From: a virus
IMG/VR virus record: IMGVR_UViG_3300022227_000002
Coordinates: 1 to 20,087 of that record
Direction: 5' to 3' (one strand)
Length of the DNA stretch: 20,087 nucleotides
Shown here: one piece after another, positions 1 through 7,886 of the stretch
Layout of the letters: each line of letters starts with the position of its first letter
Position numbering within the stretch: the stretch's first letter is position 1
Program-made: the position numbers and the translations under genes
Notes under the pieces: model-generated
Databases searched by the model: none
Told to the model about the DNA's origin: nothing
Seen by the model: only the letters and a program-made list of their open reading frames with translations

Positions 1-247
1 CTCTGTCTACTCTGACTCCAGCTTGATTAAGTGTTACACCTACACCATTTTCACCACTATTAACTTCTATAATATTATCTTTAACAGTTAGTTCATTTGA
101 TGTTACTTGAGTTTGAGTTCCTTCAACAATTAAATTTCCTGTTACTCTAGTATTACCTACACCAACTCCAGTGTCTAGTTTTATTTCTCCACCAGATTGA
201 ACTTTTACTTTATAATCACCATTTGGTACTGTAACAAATCTTGACAT
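1..247 (-). CDS. Virion structural protein (tail-fibre/beta-strand-rich type), 5' part only; runs off the window edge
   Basis: Not in the ORF track. Manual translation from ATG at 247 (SD-like AGGGA upstream) gives MSRFVTVPNGDYKVKVQSGGEIKLDTGVGVGNTRVTGNLIVEGTQTQVTSNELTVKDNIIEVNSGE..., open to base 1. The VTGNLxVxGT...VKDNII pattern is typical of T4-like phage structural proteins. Confidence 0.7.
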   Translation of the reverse strand, partial: MSRFVTVPNGDYKVKVQSGGEIKLDTGVGVGNTRVTGNLIVEGTQTQVTSNELTVKDNIIEVNSGENGVGVTLNQAGVRVDR

Positions 248-257
248 TTATAAATCC

Positions 258-635
258 CTATACCGCAGTTAAAACCATTTGGCTAGAAGTTGAGTCATCT
301 GTAACTGACCACTTATAACGGACTCCAGAAAAGTCAATTGCGGTTTTATTAAACACTTTTCTAAGTCTAACTCCGTCACCAGCTCCGCCTATGTAACCTG
401 TTAAAGACATTTCATTATCATTTAAACTATTAATGTCTTTATCAACTAACCTACATACTCCTTCATTTCCGGAATCATCATTAGCATCATCTACCATAAA
501 TTTATTAGATCCACGCTGTCTTTTAATGATTCCAACTGCCGAAACTGCGTTTGTACCCACTTTCACAGTAACAACAAAATTGTTGTCTGAACCACTAACG
601 ATCCCAAAATGCTTCTTATTAACTGGTCTACCCAT
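258..635 (-). CDS. Small putative virion protein, MGRP-N-terminus paralogue 2
   Basis: 125-aa ORF similar to 717..1082 (MGRPxNKxxFG, IxxQRxxxKFxV, LVxK); preceded by a CATAAATA late box. Confidence 0.7.
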   Translation of the reverse strand: MGRPVNKKHFGIVSGSDNNFVVTVKVGTNAVSAVGIIKRQRGSNKFMVDDANDDSGNEGVCRLVDKDINSLNDNEMSLTGYIGGAGDGVRLRKVFNKTAIDFSGVRYKWSVTDDSTSSQMVLTAV

Positions 636-654
636 ATTCTTATTATATTATACT

Positions 655-662
655 TATTTATG
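655..662 (-). promoter_or_regulatory. T4-type late promoter box CATAAATA
   Basis: Lies directly after the terminator U-tract and about 20 nt upstream of the ATG at 635. Confidence 0.6.
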
Positions 663-663
663 C

Positions 664-692
664 AAAAAGGGGAAGCGTGAAAACTTCCCCTT
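664..692 (-). terminator. Rho-independent terminator
   Basis: AAGGGGAAG (667-675) pairs with CTTCCCCTT (684-692), with a T-run on the minus strand, downstream of 717..1082. Confidence 0.8.
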
Positions 693-716
693 ACAATGCG
701 TTACTAGTTTATATTA

Positions 717-1082
717 TTAAATTACGTCTACAGTTCTAACTGCTGAAGTAGCCGCATTAGCGTCGCTTAACGTATATTTGAAATTAGCTGTTCCTTCTGT
801 TTGAACAGTTCTGTTACGAAGTTTTGTAACTTGCGTAGCAGTTCCACTATCGTCTTTAGCATTGATTATGAATTCACTCGCCGCTAAAGCACCTTGTGCC
901 TTATTAACTAGAGTCATTACTTCTTCTGCACCATTGGCATTAACAAGAAATTTTCTAGTTGATCTTTGTCTAACGATTGAACCAGCTGTTTGTGACTCCG
1001 CACCAGCGGCTTTTCTCCAAGATGTAACTTGAATATTGCCTGCACCAGTTCCGAAGTTTCTTTTGTTGATAGGTCTTCCCAT
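717..1082 (-). CDS. Small putative virion protein, MGRP-N-terminus paralogue 1 (possible capsid decoration protein)
   Basis: 121-aa ORF with SD AAGGGAG, its own late box and terminator; G/A/T/S-rich composition; located downstream of the capsid gene. Confidence 0.7.
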   Translation of the reverse strand: MGRPINKRNFGTGAGNIQVTSWRKAAGAESQTAGSIVRQRSTRKFLVNANGAEEVMTLVNKAQGALAASEFIINAKDDSGTATQVTKLRNRTVQTEGTANFKYTLSDANAATSAVRTVDVI

Positions 1083-1099
1083 TTTTTTTCTCCCTTTAA

Positions 1100-1167
1100 C
1101 GTTCTATGTTATACGCAGTTGTGTCTGCATAAGACTAGACAAGGTGTCTAGTTCAATGGTATTTATC
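1100..1167 (-). promoter_or_regulatory. Late box GATAAATA (1160-1167) followed by a two-hairpin 5' leader
   Basis: Inverted repeats at 1134-1141/1145-1152 (ACTAGACA/TGTCTAGT) and 1112-1118/1125-1131. Confidence 0.55.
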
Positions 1168-1444
1168 CTTTTGAGAGGGAAGTCAAAAGCTCTATTTTAC
1201 TGAAATATTTTAAGGAATTAATTGCTTGTTGTAGTTTTAGATCAGCACGTTCTTGGTAAATTTGTCTTTTAGTTTGTCTTAACATTATTAATTCATCTAA
1301 TCTTTCATTTAATAATGCATCTACTGTTCGTTCTAATTTTTGAATATCTTTGATAAAAATGCCATGATTTTTCTTCCAAACATCTAGTCTACTTCTGTAT
1401 TCTAAATATTCATTATACAGTTCATTTGAAGTTATTTCTATCAT
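1163..1444 (-). CDS. Hypothetical protein (charged, predicted helical)
   Basis: 93-aa ORF; TGTAAATA box (1450-1457) ends 5 nt before the ATG. Confidence 0.65.
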   Translation of the reverse strand: MIEITSNELYNEYLEYRSRLDVWKKNHGIFIKDIQKLERTVDALLNERLDELIMLRQTKRQIYQERADLKLQQAINSLKYFSKIELLTSLSKG

Positions 1445-1467
1445 ACAAATATTTACAAGTAATAAAA

Positions 1468-2271
1468 TTATTCTAGCTTATTCACCAGGTTTCTAGCGCC
1501 ATATGTCACTAAAAAGGACGCATTGGCTCTTTTGTATATGGTTGCAATTTCTAATTGATGTTGAATAGTTGGTAGTCCTATATATTCATCTGATACTTGA
1601 AACAATCCAACTTGTTTATATGTTCCTGCTTTAACTAATCCAAATACATCCATACTGTGACTTGCAGGCTTTAATAATAATGCATCTGCACCATCGGCCA
1701 CATATTGATGTGATCGTGATGTCATACCCCATTCATTTTTAACATTTAATTGATAAGTTCTTTCACTAGAAGGTTTACTATCTGATACATCTCTAAATGT
1801 ACTATAAAATACACTTCTCCATTTTACATATGCCATTATTAATTTAGATGTTTCTACTTTAAGATTTTTAACTGTATTTTTTCCCATGTCACTTGGTGCT
1901 AAAACATCTGCTCCTGCAGATTCTAATTGTTTTCCTAAATTTACTAATAATTGTTCACTGGTATCTGGTTTATCTAATACGCAACAATGACCATCTGGTA
2001 GTGTTGAACATAAACATACATCTACACTTAATTGTATTTTTGGGAATTTTGTTTTAATTTTGTTTACAACTTCTGCTTGGAATTTCCAATCAGGTGTCCA
2101 AGTTTTTTTATTAGGTGTTATGAATAATAGAAAATCTTCTAGACCAGAGTCTATGTCTGTTTGAATTCTGTTGTTAATGTCTTTAAGACTATAACTTGAA
2201 TTGTCTGGGCCTAATCCAGCTTCATATGTTTCACCAGACTGGTTGACAAAGATTGGCTGGAGTAAGTCCAT
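1468..2271 (-). CDS. hemB: Porphobilinogen synthase (delta-aminolevulinic acid dehydratase)-like protein lacking the N-terminal arm
   Basis: Ordered PBGS motifs: DLLQPIFV; DVCLCSTLPDGHC (Zn site CxCx7C); AGADVLAPSDM; IMAYVKWRSVFYSTFRD (first catalytic Lys); RTYQL; DGADALLLKP (second catalytic Lys); FQVSDEY; KRANASFLVTYGA. Confidence 0.9.
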   Translation of the reverse strand: MDLLQPIFVNQSGETYEAGLGPDNSSYSLKDINNRIQTDIDSGLEDFLLFITPNKKTWTPDWKFQAEVVNKIKTKFPKIQLSVDVCLCSTLPDGHCCVLDKPDTSEQLLVNLGKQLESAGADVLAPSDMGKNTVKNLKVETSKLIMAYVKWRSVFYSTFRDVSDSKPSSERTYQLNVKNEWGMTSRSHQYVADGADALLLKPASHSMDVFGLVKAGTYKQVGLFQVSDEYIGLPTIQHQLEIATIYKRANASFLVTYGARNLVNKLE

Positions 2272-2277
2272 TTATGT

Positions 2278-2469
2278 TTATTCTGCGATTTGATCGCACA
2301 TTTCTTTTGTTGCTTTGTTTCCAGCTTCTTTGTCATAAACCCAAAGGTAAGAATATACAATTTGGTCACCTTTTTGCATACATCTTTTACCTAAATCTAA
2401 TGCAGGATTTTTTACTGAACAAGCTGTTAATACTAACAACGAAAGAAAAAATATAGCTATTGTTTTCAT
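2278..2469 (-). CDS. Small lipoprotein
   Basis: MK + hydrophobic stretch + lipobox LTA/C; two further Cys in the mature part. Confidence 0.8.
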   Translation of the reverse strand: MKTIAIFFLSLLVLTACSVKNPALDLGKRCMQKGDQIVYSYLWVYDKEAGNKATKEMCDQIAE

Positions 2470-2475
2470 ACTAAC

Positions 2476-2503
2476 ATTATAGCGTATTTTGGTAAAAAGT
2501 CAA
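2476..2503 (-). promoter_or_regulatory. Sigma70-type (early) promoter TTGACT-N16-TATAAT
   Basis: -35 at 2498-2503, -10 at 2476-2481; only 6 nt between -10 and the lipoprotein ATG. Confidence 0.75.
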
Positions 2504-2511
2504 GTTTTGAT

Positions 2512-2613
2512 TTACCAAAAAGTAAACCCTAATATGCTAGATAATATGTTGGTGAATAGTACGATTAAAGATATTTGAATTCCAAGTTTTGATAAAATGA
2601 ATAGTGTAATCAT
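2512..2613 (-). CDS. Putative 33-aa hydrophobic membrane peptide
   Basis: Manual translation MITLFILSKLGIQISLIVLFTNILSSILGFTFW*; below the ORF-track cutoff; fills the intergenic gap; no clear SD. Confidence 0.45.
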   Translation of the reverse strand: MITLFILSKLGIQISLIVLFTNILSSILGFTFW

Positions 2614-2630
2614 AGTTATAGTTATTGCTT

Positions 2631-2653
2631 AGGTGGCACCATAAGTACCACCC
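2631..2653 (-). terminator. Stem-loop downstream of the 77-aa gene (possible terminator or RNA-stabilising hairpin)
   Basis: GGGTGGTAC-TTATG-GTGCCACCT on the minus strand; no good U-tract. Confidence 0.4.
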
Positions 2654-2682
2654 AAGATTAGGTTAAGTTATCTAAATCTATA

Positions 2683-2916
2683 TTATTTTCTATTGAAGAT
2701 ATGATATAGTATCCAAACCGCTACTAAACCTAGTAATCCTTGATCACTAAATCCAGAGAGTACGCCCTGTACATTTCCTATCACAGAAACATTTGGCCAG
2801 AACGGAATACCTTGACCGTTGAAAAGAATTTCTAAAACGATTCCTAATGCGATGAAAGATACACCAACATCAGCAATTCCTTTTGCCCATCCTTTAACTT
2901 TTTGTAAAATATCCAT
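2683..2916 (-). CDS. Small membrane protein (about 2 hydrophobic segments)
   Basis: 77 aa, strong SD AAGGAGG, hydrophobic segments VGVSFIALGIVLEILF and GLLGLVAVWILYHIF; upstream late box CCTAAATA (2973-2980). Confidence 0.8.
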   Translation of the reverse strand: MDILQKVKGWAKGIADVGVSFIALGIVLEILFNGQGIPFWPNVSVIGNVQGVLSGFSDQGLLGLVAVWILYHIFNRK

Positions 2917-3088
2917 TGTGGACCTCCTTTACAAATTTAAATTACATTCCTCTAAACTTGGGAACGTGACATTATTTAGGTAAAGGTATTCTGAAAGATA
3001 AAACTACACATTTTTGACAGACATCAAAAATACTGGTTTAATTTATTAAGTGTGTAGATATTAAAGGTTGTAAGGTAGTTTAATCGTG

Positions 3089-3116
3089 AAAAAAGGCGAC
3101 CCGAAAGCCGCCTTTT
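3089..3116 (-). terminator. Rho-independent terminator of the capsid operon
   Basis: GGCGGCT-TTCG-GGTCGCC followed by TTTTTT on the minus strand (UUCG loop), just after the gp23 stop. Confidence 0.9.
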
Positions 3117-3139
3117 CTCGTATTTTGTTCTACTCGCGA

Positions 3140-4312
3140 TTACGCAAAAGTTACGTTCGCAACAGAGATCTCTCCCAAGTAGTCAGCCGCATTACCTAAA
3201 GATGATGCAGTGTTTGACAATTCTACGTAGCCGTATCTAGTCATAAAAGATACAACTGGTTCGAAAGTACCTGGATCAAGAACAACACCACTTGACATTA
3301 ACGGTATGTATGGGCAGTAGAATGCCGCCGCGTCTGCTTCAGACGAGCCTTTATATCCTACTAATACAGCCGTTCCGTCAGCCGCGTATGTGTCAGCGTA
3401 CACTTTCATTGAACCATTTAAAGTACCAACCATTTTTTGGTTAGTAGGTGCTTCGAAAGTTCCTTCAGTTGTTCTTGCGAACGCTGAAGTTGTTGCTGAT
3501 TGAAGAACTGTTAAAGCGTGAGGGCTTACTACAGTCCAGTTACCAGCACCACGTCTTGTACGTTGAGCTATCTTGTTTGCTACTCTGTTAATCATTACAG
3601 CCAAAGCCGCGTGTTCATCACCAACGAATGTAGCAGTTCCTGATACCGCCGCTTGGTCATATGCTTCTTCTGTAGGTGCTAGAGATCTTAAAGAATTAAT
3701 TACTTCTTGATCAATTTCAGCAGTAATTTCTTGGGCTAATGCCGCCATAATTTCTGCTTCTACGTCTACACCTTGCTGTGCTTGAGCATCTTGAGCAGAT
3801 TCAAAAGTCCATCTAGCTGATAATTTTCTAGTTTTGGCTTCTACAACCTGTTTCAAGATTTGAATTGATAGTCTGTTACCACCAGTGCCTTCTAAGCCGG
3901 CTGTTCCGCCACCTTTTCCAACTGTTTTGTCTCCAGAATAGGCTTGACCTATTTTGAATGGTGATAATGCCTCTTCGCCTGCAGTTACATCATTATCTGT
4001 ATTTGTGGCGTCGTTGGCATCAGCATATCTAACTCTTAGTGTGTGGATTTGACCAACTGGGCCAGTCATCGGTTGAACTCCAACCAATTCGTTAGCTATT
4101 ACAGTCGGCATAACCCGTCTAATCACCGGTAGGATCACTCTGTTTAAAGTAGCCACGTTACCAGCCGAAGTTGCTCCAGCTGTTGCCGCCTCTGCCAAAT
4201 ACTTTCTAGTATTTTCGAGAGTTGCTTCCATTACAGACTTCTTATTGCCTGCTAGGCCTTCAAGTAACGCACTCTTTGTATCCTGCCAGCGTGTTTCTGT
4301 TAGTTCTGACAT
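3140..4312 (-). CDS. gp23: Major capsid protein, T4 gp23 family
   Basis: LENT, IRRVMP..IA.ELVGVQPMTGPVGQI, VEAKTRKLSARWTFE.AQD, EIDQE, GYKGSSE.DA..FYCPYIPL, DP.TFEP...FMTRYG; SD AAGGAG. Confidence 0.97.
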   Translation of the reverse strand: MSELTETRWQDTKSALLEGLAGNKKSVMEATLENTRKYLAEAATAGATSAGNVATLNRVILPVIRRVMPTVIANELVGVQPMTGPVGQIHTLRVRYADANDATNTDNDVTAGEEALSPFKIGQAYSGDKTVGKGGGTAGLEGTGGNRLSIQILKQVVEAKTRKLSARWTFESAQDAQAQQGVDVEAEIMAALAQEITAEIDQEVINSLRSLAPTEEAYDQAAVSGTATFVGDEHAALAVMINRVANKIAQRTRRGAGNWTVVSPHALTVLQSATTSAFARTTEGTFEAPTNQKMVGTLNGSMKVYADTYAADGTAVLVGYKGSSEADAAAFYCPYIPLMSSGVVLDPGTFEPVVSFMTRYGYVELSNTASSLGNAADYLGEISVANVTFA

Positions 4313-4329
4313 TGTGTTTTTCTCCTTTT

Positions 4330-5421
4330 TTAGATTCCTGCGAGTCTTTTTATATCTACAATATTTCTATTGAATTGACTCACATTACCAATGTTATTTT
4401 CAATTTTATCGCCTGTTATTTCTGTGCCTGTACTTGAGCTTGCCTTTTTCGCTGGCGTCCTACCGTTTATTACAGCGGGCATATATTTGTCAAATTGCTT
4501 ACGCAATTTTCCAGTTTCTACGCTCTCCAGTAAATTCGTCATTATTTCTTTTTGTTCTGTGTTTAATGGAGTAATTAACTCATTAACTACAGATTCTCTT
4601 TCAGCTTTGTTTTTAAGACCATCGATTTCTGATTGTTTAGACTCGACTATCTTTTCTTTCTCATCAGCTGATTTCTTCGCGTCTTCTAATTGTTGTTTAG
4701 TTAAATCAACAACTTTTAAAAGTTTAGACGTTTCAGATTTGCTATTCAAGAATGAATTAGTATATTCTTGTGCATAAACCTCAAACAATCTACGACCAAA
4801 GTCGTTTTTACGTGATGCATCAATATCGTCTTTTAATTGGCTTATTTCTTTTTTCAAGTGTTTACCAACTACTTCAGATACTTTTTCAGCACCTTTTTTA
4901 ATAAAGTTTTGTCTTACTTTTTCAAAATGTGCCTTTGCTTCACGAATTAGACGTACTTTTGTTTCAGCAACGTCTTTCTTATCTTCGTGGAATTCCGCGA
5001 TTTCTTTAGATAAAGCGTCAACCACAAATTCCTCAAGTTTAGCAAAATTAGTTGCCATAACTTTTTGGTCTTCGTGTAATTCAGCAATTTCAGATTTAAG
5101 TTGTTCAAAAACAAATTTTTTCAAATTATCTGAATGTTCTTTCATATGAACCGCATACTTGGCTTTTTGCTCTGCAAGTTGTTTACGGTCATCGGCGAAC
5201 TCTGCGATCTCTTGTTCAAGTTTTTCTTGAACCATGGCATTTACAGCATCAGTTAATGTTGCTTTATCGTGCTCATACTTCTTTGCAAACTCTTCTCTAA
5301 GTTCCGCAGTAACTTCAAGACGGTTTTCACCAATCTTTTTGTTCCATGCTGACTCTATTTCCGCTCTGATCTCTTTCGAAATTGCGTCGTTCTCAAAAAG
5401 TGATTTCAGTGCATCTAACAT
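4330..5421 (-). CDS. gp22: Prohead scaffolding (core) protein, gp22-like
   Basis: E/K-rich coiled-coil ORF between protease and capsid genes; FGRRLFE motif; SD AAGGAG. Confidence 0.85.
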   Translation of the reverse strand: MLDALKSLFENDAISKEIRAEIESAWNKKIGENRLEVTAELREEFAKKYEHDKATLTDAVNAMVQEKLEQEIAEFADDRKQLAEQKAKYAVHMKEHSDNLKKFVFEQLKSEIAELHEDQKVMATNFAKLEEFVVDALSKEIAEFHEDKKDVAETKVRLIREAKAHFEKVRQNFIKKGAEKVSEVVGKHLKKEISQLKDDIDASRKNDFGRRLFEVYAQEYTNSFLNSKSETSKLLKVVDLTKQQLEDAKKSADEKEKIVESKQSEIDGLKNKAERESVVNELITPLNTEQKEIMTNLLESVETGKLRKQFDKYMPAVINGRTPAKKASSSTGTEITGDKIENNIGNVSQFNRNIVDIKRLAGI

Positions 5422-5438
5422 TATGTTTTCTCCTTATG

Positions 5439-6071
5439 TTATTGGAGTTTGTTAATTATATTAATTAACGAATCCTTTAAATAATTTTCTGCCTGTCCTT
5501 CTTTTGCCATGTTTAAAGCCTTATATCCACCTCTTTGGTTTAACAAGTGTTCATAAATGGGAGTTGGATAAGCCCCCGGAGCACTTGGTTGAGCTACGAT
5601 ATCAACGGTAATTATTTCAAAATCTTTAACTTCACCTGAACCATAAGGTCCCATGCCGTCTTCATGAACATTACCACTACCACGCGATGAGACTCCTAAT
5701 TTAACTCCGCTGTTAAGCATTGTTTCTACTAGTTTTCCCATCGGCGTTGGTAATACTTTTAGTTTTCCGTAACCATTAGGTCCGTCCATCCACATACTTG
5801 ATAACATATGGGACACACGGTCCAAATTTATTGTAAGACCTTCAGGATGATCAACTTCACCTAGAACTGAATATCCGCCTTCAATTTGATCGTTGAGTGT
5901 ACTGACAGCCCGTTGGATTTCACTAACAGGATATACCCGTTGGTTAGCGTTTTTAACGCCACCTTGGATACAAATGCCCTTCATATATAAGGACTTCCCG
6001 CTCTTTTCATCTTTGGACTCAACGACAATTTTTGCTTGGTCGAAGGTCAGTGTCTCACGTAAAGATATCAT
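5439..6071 (-). CDS. gp21: Prohead protease, T4 gp21 family
   Basis: GIC.Q..VKN.NQRVYP, LGEVDHP, INLDRVSH, TPMG, LGVSSRGSG, DIVAQPSAPGA. Confidence 0.95.
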   Translation of the reverse strand: MISLRETLTFDQAKIVVESKDEKSGKSLYMKGICIQGGVKNANQRVYPVSEIQRAVSTLNDQIEGGYSVLGEVDHPEGLTINLDRVSHMLSSMWMDGPNGYGKLKVLPTPMGKLVETMLNSGVKLGVSSRGSGNVHEDGMGPYGSGEVKDFEIITVDIVAQPSAPGAYPTPIYEHLLNQRGGYKALNMAKEGQAENYLKDSLINIINKLQ

Positions 6072-6098
6072 CTATACTATGTCCTACTTTTCTTATTA

Positions 6099-7181
6099 TT
6101 AACTGCCAATAGCTGATTTCTTAGCAGAACCATCAGTTCCGTCAGCTTTGTTAGCCTTTGCTGGTTTTAATTTAGAACCATCTTTTGAGCCAGGTGTGTT
6201 GATGTTTCCACCAGATAGATCTCCTGCTTTAGGAGCCTTTCCACCTTTTTCTTCAGAAGTAGAAGTACTTACTGCTGGCGCTGATGCTGTTGCACCTTTA
6301 CCACCGTCAGCATTAACTGGAGATTTGCTATTATCAGTACCATCTGTATTAGATGCTGTTACTTTATTAACATATTCTCTCATTTGCTCTCTAGGTGATT
6401 GAGTTGCTGTAGCTTTTGCTTCAACTGTTTTACTTTCAACTTTTGGTTGCTCTATTTCCTGCTCTTTTCCAGCAAGTTCGGAAGTAGCTTCTGCTTCTCC
6501 CTCTGCATCATCGTCGCCTTCTGCGTCATCACCAGCTTCGTCGTCTGCTGGAGCTTCTGCATCGCCACCATCTGACATCATTGCGTCAAATTCAGCTTTA
6601 AGTTCGTCGATTGCATCTTCTAAGTCAACTACACGATCTTCAAGGTCTTCACCATCTGAAGGCGCTTCGTCGCCATTATCTTTGTCACCGTCTACTTCAA
6701 TATCACCGACCATGTCGTCTGTTGCGTCACCGCCAATACCTATTTCTGAAGTTGGTGTTGTTGCTACTTCTGGAGCCGGTTGTTCAACTGGCTGTATGTC
6801 AACAAGTGTTTCTTTAGTTACTTCGTCTTTTTTATCATCTTCTTTAGCAACTTCTTCAACTTTTTCTTCCTTGTCGTCTTCTTTTGTAGCTTCTTTTGTA
6901 TCTTCATCAGCTTCTGCTTTGTCATCTTCTTTTTTATCTTCAGATGTTACAGCTTCAGCTGTTTTTACGTCCTTACTAGCCTCTGGAGTTTCGATTTCTT
7001 TAATATCATCTTCCAATAGGTCTTCGTAAATGCTTCTTGATTTTTCTACCACTATCTCGTGGAATAGATCATCCGCGCCTGCTCTGTCATCAGCAACTAG
7101 TTTTTCAAGCATTTGCTCAAATTTACTAGGGGCTTCCACAGATTCAGCTTTTACAGATGTGTTTTCTTTTTTATCTGACAT
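6099..7181 (-). CDS. Highly acidic prohead core/scaffold-associated protein (gp67/gp68-like position)
   Basis: Low-complexity D/E-rich 360-aa ORF upstream of gp21; SD CAGGAG; TGTAAATA late box at 7223-7230. Confidence 0.7.
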   Translation of the reverse strand: MSDKKENTSVKAESVEAPSKFEQMLEKLVADDRAGADDLFHEIVVEKSRSIYEDLLEDDIKEIETPEASKDVKTAEAVTSEDKKEDDKAEADEDTKEATKEDDKEEKVEEVAKEDDKKDEVTKETLVDIQPVEQPAPEVATTPTSEIGIGGDATDDMVGDIEVDGDKDNGDEAPSDGEDLEDRVVDLEDAIDELKAEFDAMMSDGGDAEAPADDEAGDDAEGDDDAEGEAEATSELAGKEQEIEQPKVESKTVEAKATATQSPREQMREYVNKVTASNTDGTDNSKSPVNADGGKGATASAPAVSTSTSEEKGGKAPKAGDLSGGNINTPGSKDGSKLKPAKANKADGTDGSAKKSAIGS

Positions 7182-7256
7182 TTTTATCTCCTGTTATGTG
7201 TATTCTAGACTGTCCGTCAATTTATTTACACAAAATCGTTATTTTTTAGTCGAAAT

Positions 7257-7278
7257 AGGCCCAACAGGACCTTTTTTG
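7257..7278. terminator. Small hairpin, possible terminator
   Basis: AGGTCC-TGTT-GGGCCT on the minus strand followed by ATTT; T6 run on the plus side. Confidence 0.4.
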
Positions 7279-7286
7279 AACAAATT

Positions 7287-7883
7287 TTATAGATTGTATC
7301 TTTGTTTGAACTCAGAAACTTTTAATTCATGATAATTTGTAAATTTCTTAAGATCTACAGCCTTAAATGTAGGATCTGTTCGGTCGGCAATTACACGAAT
7401 ATAAGTTTTGGAAGGATTTTTTTGTAAGATAATGCAACATTGTCTATTCCAATTACCATGGTACGTTGCAACATCAGAGCTTTTTTTATAATTTTTACTA
7501 TCAGAGTATAAGTTGTTATGTTTACCTTCGGGTGTACCCATAAAATCAAAGCCTAAAATATAGATAAGTTTGTGTCTATGTATACTAGCCAGGTGTAAAG
7601 CAGTTGGACCTGAGCTCCAACCTAAACTAGGTTCAAAGAAATTTAAATGTTGAAACTTTTTATATGATCTATTAGGGTTTGTCCAAACTGGAGTTTTATT
7701 AGGTATGTTATTTTCAACTAATTCAAAGACCATTTTAGAATCTACAGCAATAATATGATTGCATAAGCCAGGGTAATCTCTATATATGGCATTACACCCG
7801 TAAATTTTACCTTTTTCTTTTAATGGTTCTAGTGGAATTACTTTTCTACTGATACCATTGCCTAATACAAAAGCAACGGACAT
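7287..7883 (-). CDS. DUF115/Maf-CstII-like nucleotide-sugar (sialyl-type) transferase-fold protein
   Basis: AFVLGNGISR, IYGCNAIYRD, IAVD, SSGPTALHLA, IYILGFD. This matches the GNGPS...N...TSG..A...IYL.G.D motif order of the Maf/DUF115/GT42 fold. Confidence 0.6.
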   Translation of the reverse strand: MSVAFVLGNGISRKVIPLEPLKEKGKIYGCNAIYRDYPGLCNHIIAVDSKMVFELVENNIPNKTPVWTNPNRSYKKFQHLNFFEPSLGWSSGPTALHLASIHRHKLIYILGFDFMGTPEGKHNNLYSDSKNYKKSSDVATYHGNWNRQCCIILQKNPSKTYIRVIADRTDPTFKAVDLKKFTNYHELKVSEFKQRYNL

Positions 7884-7886
7884 AGA

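Noticed and set aside
6400-6960. Repetitive TCTTC/TCATC-rich DNA, and the GC-rich stretch at 10340-10510
   Set aside because: Explained by low-complexity Asp/Glu/Lys and Gly/Ala protein segments; not DNA-level repeats or insertions.
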